A stretch of DNA of 27,932 bases from positions 1-27,932 of the forward strand of contig CAXULY010000059.1 of the NCBI GenBank assembly GCA_964252075.1. Reading direction: 5' to 3'. Each line of letters begins with the position of its first letter. Positions within the stretch are counted from its first letter, which is position 1. The notes below the pieces were generated by a model, which worked only from the letters and a program-made list of their open reading frames with translations, was not told the DNA's origin and did not search any database. Below, in pieces: positions 24,882-27,932 of the stretch. This DNA is from an uncultured Deinococcaceae bacterium (lineage in GTDB: Bacteria; Deinococcota; Deinococci; Deinococcales; Deinococcaceae). Position numbers and translations under genes: made by a program.

Positions 24882-27249
24882 GGGGCCAGCGCCAGGTTCT
24901 GACCTCCGGCAAATCATCCCCGGTCTCCTGCACGTGGGCGCGGTGCTCGTCCAGCTTGTTCAGCAGTTGCCGCCTGACTCCTGCGCCCACGTCCCTGAGC
25001 CGGGGCACGCGGTCAATCACATCGATGGCGAGGTGAAAGCGGTCCAGGTCGTTCAAGACCGTCATGTCGAAGGGCGTGGTGGTCGCGCCCTGCTCCTTGA
25101 AGCCGCGCACGTGCAGGTTGGCGTGACCGGCGCGGCGGTAGGTCAGGCGGTGGATCAGCCAGGGGTAGCCGTGGTACGCGAAGATGATCGGCGCATCCGT
25201 CGTGAAGAGTTCGTCGAAGGCCGCGTCAGGGAGGCCGTGAGGGTGTTCACGCTCTGGCTGCAGCGTCATCAGGTCCACCACGTTCACCACCCGGATCTTC
25301 AGGTCGGGGAAGAAGCCGCGCAGCAGACACACCGCCGCCAACGTCTCCAGGGTGGGCACGTCGCCCGCGCAGGCCATCACCACGTCGGGCGCCGCGCCGC
25401 CGTCCGTGCTGGCCCAGGCCCAGACTCCCAGTCCGGCCTTACAGTGCGCGGCGGCCTCCTCCATCCCCTGCCACTGCGCCGCGGGCTGCTTGCCCGCCAC
25501 GATGACGTTCACGTACCCGCGGCTCCGCAGGCAGTGGTCCGCCACCGACAGCAGCGTGTTGGCGTCGGGGGGAAGGTAGACCCGCACGACGTCGGCCGTC
25601 TTGTTTATCATCAGGTCGATGAAGCCAGGGTCCTGGTGCGAGAAGCCGTTGTGGTCTTGGCGCCAGACGTGCGAGGTGAGCAAAATGTTCAGCGAGGCCA
25701 CCGGACGCCGCCAGGGAATGTCCCGGCTGGTGTCCAGCCACTTGGCGTGCTGCCCCACCATCGAGTCCACAACGTGGATAAACGCCTCGTAGCACGAAAA
25801 CAGGCCGTGCCGCCCACTCAGGGTGTAGCCCTCCAGCCAGCCCTCGCACAGGTGTTCGCTCAGCACCTCCATCACCCGGCCCTCCGGCGAGAGGTGCTCG
25901 TCGGTGGGCAGGACCGGCTCCTGCCAAGTCTTGCCGCTGGCCGCGTATACCCCGTCCAAGCGGTTGGAGGCCGTCTCGTCCGGCCCGAACAGCCGGAAGG
26001 TGGTCATGTTCCCTTTCATCACGTCGCGCAGGAAGGTGCCCAGCACCCGCGTGGCCTCACCGTCCACCGCGCCGGGGTGGGACACCGCGACCGCGTACCT
26101 GCGGAAGTCGGGCAGATTGAGGTCGCGCCGCAGGAGGCCGCCGTTCGCCACCGGATTCATCCCCATGCGCCGCTCGCCCGTCGGGGCCAGTGCCGCCAGC
26201 TCGGGGCGGAGGACGCCCGCCTCGTCGAACAGTTCCCCCGGGCGGTAGCTGCGCAGCCACTCCTCCAGTTGCCGAAGGTGCTCTGGGTTCTCGGCCAGGT
26301 TCGAGAGCGGCACCTGATGGGCCCGCCAGGTACCTTCCACCGGTTTGCCGTCCACCACCTTCGGGCCCGTCCAGCCCTTGGGACTGCGGAGCACGATCAT
26401 CGGCCAGGCGGGGCGTTCCTGCACGCCTTCCACCCGCGCTCGCCGCTGGATGGCCACGATGTTGGCGTAGACTTCCTCCACCGTGCGGGCCATTTGCTCG
26501 TGCATGGTGGGTGGGTCGTCGCCGTCCACGTAGTACGGCGTGTGGCCGAGGCCGCGCAGCAGGGTGTCCAGTTCCTGGTGGTCCAGACGGGCCAGCACGG
26601 CCGGGTTGGCGATCTTGTAGCCGTTGAGGTGCAGGATCGGCAGCACCGCGCCGTCGGTACGTGGGTTCAGGAACTTATTGCCGTGCCAGCTGGCGGCCAG
26701 CGGCCCGGTCTCGGCTTCACCGTCGCCGATCACGCAGGCCACCAGCTGGTCCGGGTGGTCAAATGCCGCGCCGTAGGCGTGGGCCAGGCTGTAGCCCAGC
26801 TCGCCGCCCTCGTGGATGGAGCCCGGCGTCTCGGGCGCAGCGTGGCTGGGGATCCCGCCGGGGAACGAGAACTGCCGGAACAGGCGGCGTAAGCCCTCCT
26901 CACCGGGGGGAACGTCCGGGTACAGCTCGCTGTAGCTGCCCTCCAGGTAGGTGTTCGCCACCAGGCCGGGGCCGCCGTGACCGGGCCCGGCGACGTACAG
27001 CACGCTGAGGTCGTGCCGCCGGATCAGCCGGTTGAGGTGGACGTAGATGAAGTTCAGGCCGGGTGTTGTCCCCCAATGGCCCAGGAGTCTCGGCTTGATG
27101 TGTTCCAGCGTCAGCGGCTCCTTCAGCAGCGGGTTGGACAGCAGGTAAATCTGACCCACCGACAGGTAGTTCGCGGCGCGCCAATAGGCGTCGAGGTGCT
27201 GGAGTTCGGTCGGCGCGAGGGTGGGGGGTGAAGTCGTGATTGCGGTCAT
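24868..27249 (-). CDS. xfp: Phosphoketolase (xylulose-5-phosphate/fructose-6-phosphate)
   Basis: [28 protein letters not shown] motif, [13 protein letters not shown]; 793 aa. Confidence 0.97.
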   Translation of the reverse strand: MTAITTSPPTLAPTELQHLDAYWRAANYLSVGQIYLLSNPLLKEPLTLEHIKPRLLGHWGTTPGLNFIYVHLNRLIRRHDLSVLYVAGPGHGGPGLVANTYLEGSYSELYPDVPPGEEGLRRLFRQFSFPGGIPSHAAPETPGSIHEGGELGYSLAHAYGAAFDHPDQLVACVIGDGEAETGPLAASWHGNKFLNPRTDGAVLPILHLNGYKIANPAVLARLDHQELDTLLRGLGHTPYYVDGDDPPTMHEQMARTVEEVYANIVAIQRRARVEGVQERPAWPMIVLRSPKGWTGPKVVDGKPVEGTWRAHQVPLSNLAENPEHLRQLEEWLRSYRPGELFDEAGVLRPELAALAPTGERRMGMNPVANGGLLRRDLNLPDFRRYAVAVSHPGAVDGEATRVLGTFLRDVMKGNMTTFRLFGPDETASNRLDGVYAASGKTWQEPVLPTDEHLSPEGRVMEVLSEHLCEGWLEGYTLSGRHGLFSCYEAFIHVVDSMVGQHAKWLDTSRDIPWRRPVASLNILLTSHVWRQDHNGFSHQDPGFIDLMINKTADVVRVYLPPDANTLLSVADHCLRSRGYVNVIVAGKQPAAQWQGMEEAAAHCKAGLGVWAWASTDGGAAPDVVMACAGDVPTLETLAAVCLLRGFFPDLKIRVVNVVDLMTLQPEREHPHGLPDAAFDELFTTDAPIIFAYHGYPWLIHRLTYRRAGHANLHVRGFKEQGATTTPFDMTVLNDLDRFHLAIDVIDRVPRLRDVGAGVRRQLLNKLDEHRAHVQETGDDLPEVRTWRWPHARG

Positions 27250-27378
27250 TTCAACCTCCGCGTGGGTTGGAAGCGGTGCTTTCCCCCATAGGCGGCGGTG
27301 TCAGGGGCGGGTCTGCCGAGTTGACCGGTCCAGGCCCGAAGGAGGTTGGTCGTGTGACAGCGCCCCGCAGCTTGGCTC

Positions 27379-27779
27379 TTACGCCACCCCGTTACCGAGT
27401 CCCGAGACGGCCCGCGCCATCAGGAAGGCGGCACCGACTCCAGCAAGGCCCGGATGAGGGGAAGGTGCAAGGCGTACGGGGCGAGGGGGATGACGCCGCC
27501 AGTGGTATAGGCGAGCCCGATGCTCAGGGTAGACTGGAGCGCCCGGCCTGGATCGGGCTCGCTCAGGCCGAGTTCTTCTTTCATCATGAAGTCCACCCAG
27601 ATCGCACGGCGGCTGATGATGGCCTGGGTGGCGGCTTCGAGCGGCTCACCTTCCACGCCGTCCCCGCGAAACACCTCCCGCACCGCGCCGATTTCGGCGT
27701 CACGTTTCTCGTCGATCTCACGCGCCTCGCGGATCTGTTCGGCGTGATTGGACTCTCGCTCGCTGCGTGCCGCGAGGTA
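27379..27779 (-). pseudogene. VIT1/CCC1 transporter remnant (5' truncated, internal deletion)
   Basis: YLAARSERE...WVDFMMKEELGL...GGVIPLAPY, then a jump to out-of-frame GAAFLMARAVS; N-terminal TM region absent. Confidence 0.75.
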
Positions 27780-27932
27780 TCGGTGTCGCCCACTTCAATG
27801 TAGAGTTGGTGATTCACCAGGGACGCCGCGATCAGGGCGATGCCTTTGCGGGTGTCATTCAGCATGGCGCTTCACCGCCCCAACTGTTCGTTCACCAGGT
27901 TGCCAAAGTAGTCGATGCTGTCCGCGCCCGCG

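Noticed and set aside
24826..26892. 688-aa plus-strand ORF (also 18983..21328 -, 10960..12384 -, 15660..16466 +)
   Set aside because: Antisense shadows of xfp, ParB, the recombinase and the receptor; typical of high-GC DNA, with no motifs.

Overview
This GC-rich window looks Deinococcus-like, inferred from many TANNNT -10 boxes sitting 5-7 nt before start codons (leaderless architecture). About 1-23,000 is the early/regulatory region of a temperate phage or phage-plasmid-like element; no virion genes are visible. From left to right it contains: (i) a leftward replication/recombination operon with a wHTH initiator carrying an internal 4 x 22-bp iteron origin and a RusA-like resolvase; (ii) a rightward array of paralogous small winged-helix genes interleaved with a second unknown paralog family, next to a tyrosine recombinase; (iii) a divergent Cro-like/CI-like switch with a repeated 19-bp operator (TTGTAGG-N5-CCTACAA); (iv) a TPR-like 492-aa regulator followed by an unannotated 49-aa signal-peptide gene and a terminator; (v) a rightward operon of small phage-type genes and a long ParB-family gene. 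Item (iv) is the main discovery candidate: a peptide-receptor (arbitrium/RRNPP-analogous) lysis-lysogeny communication module wired into the switch by the shared operator. Several genes carry single-base frameshifts or in-frame stops, from decay or sequencing error. The right end (23.3-27.9 kb) is host/plasmid cargo: a DUF1003 protein, a CPBP protease, phosphoketolase and a VIT1/CCC1 remnant. All family calls are by-eye motif recognition; no database searches were run.
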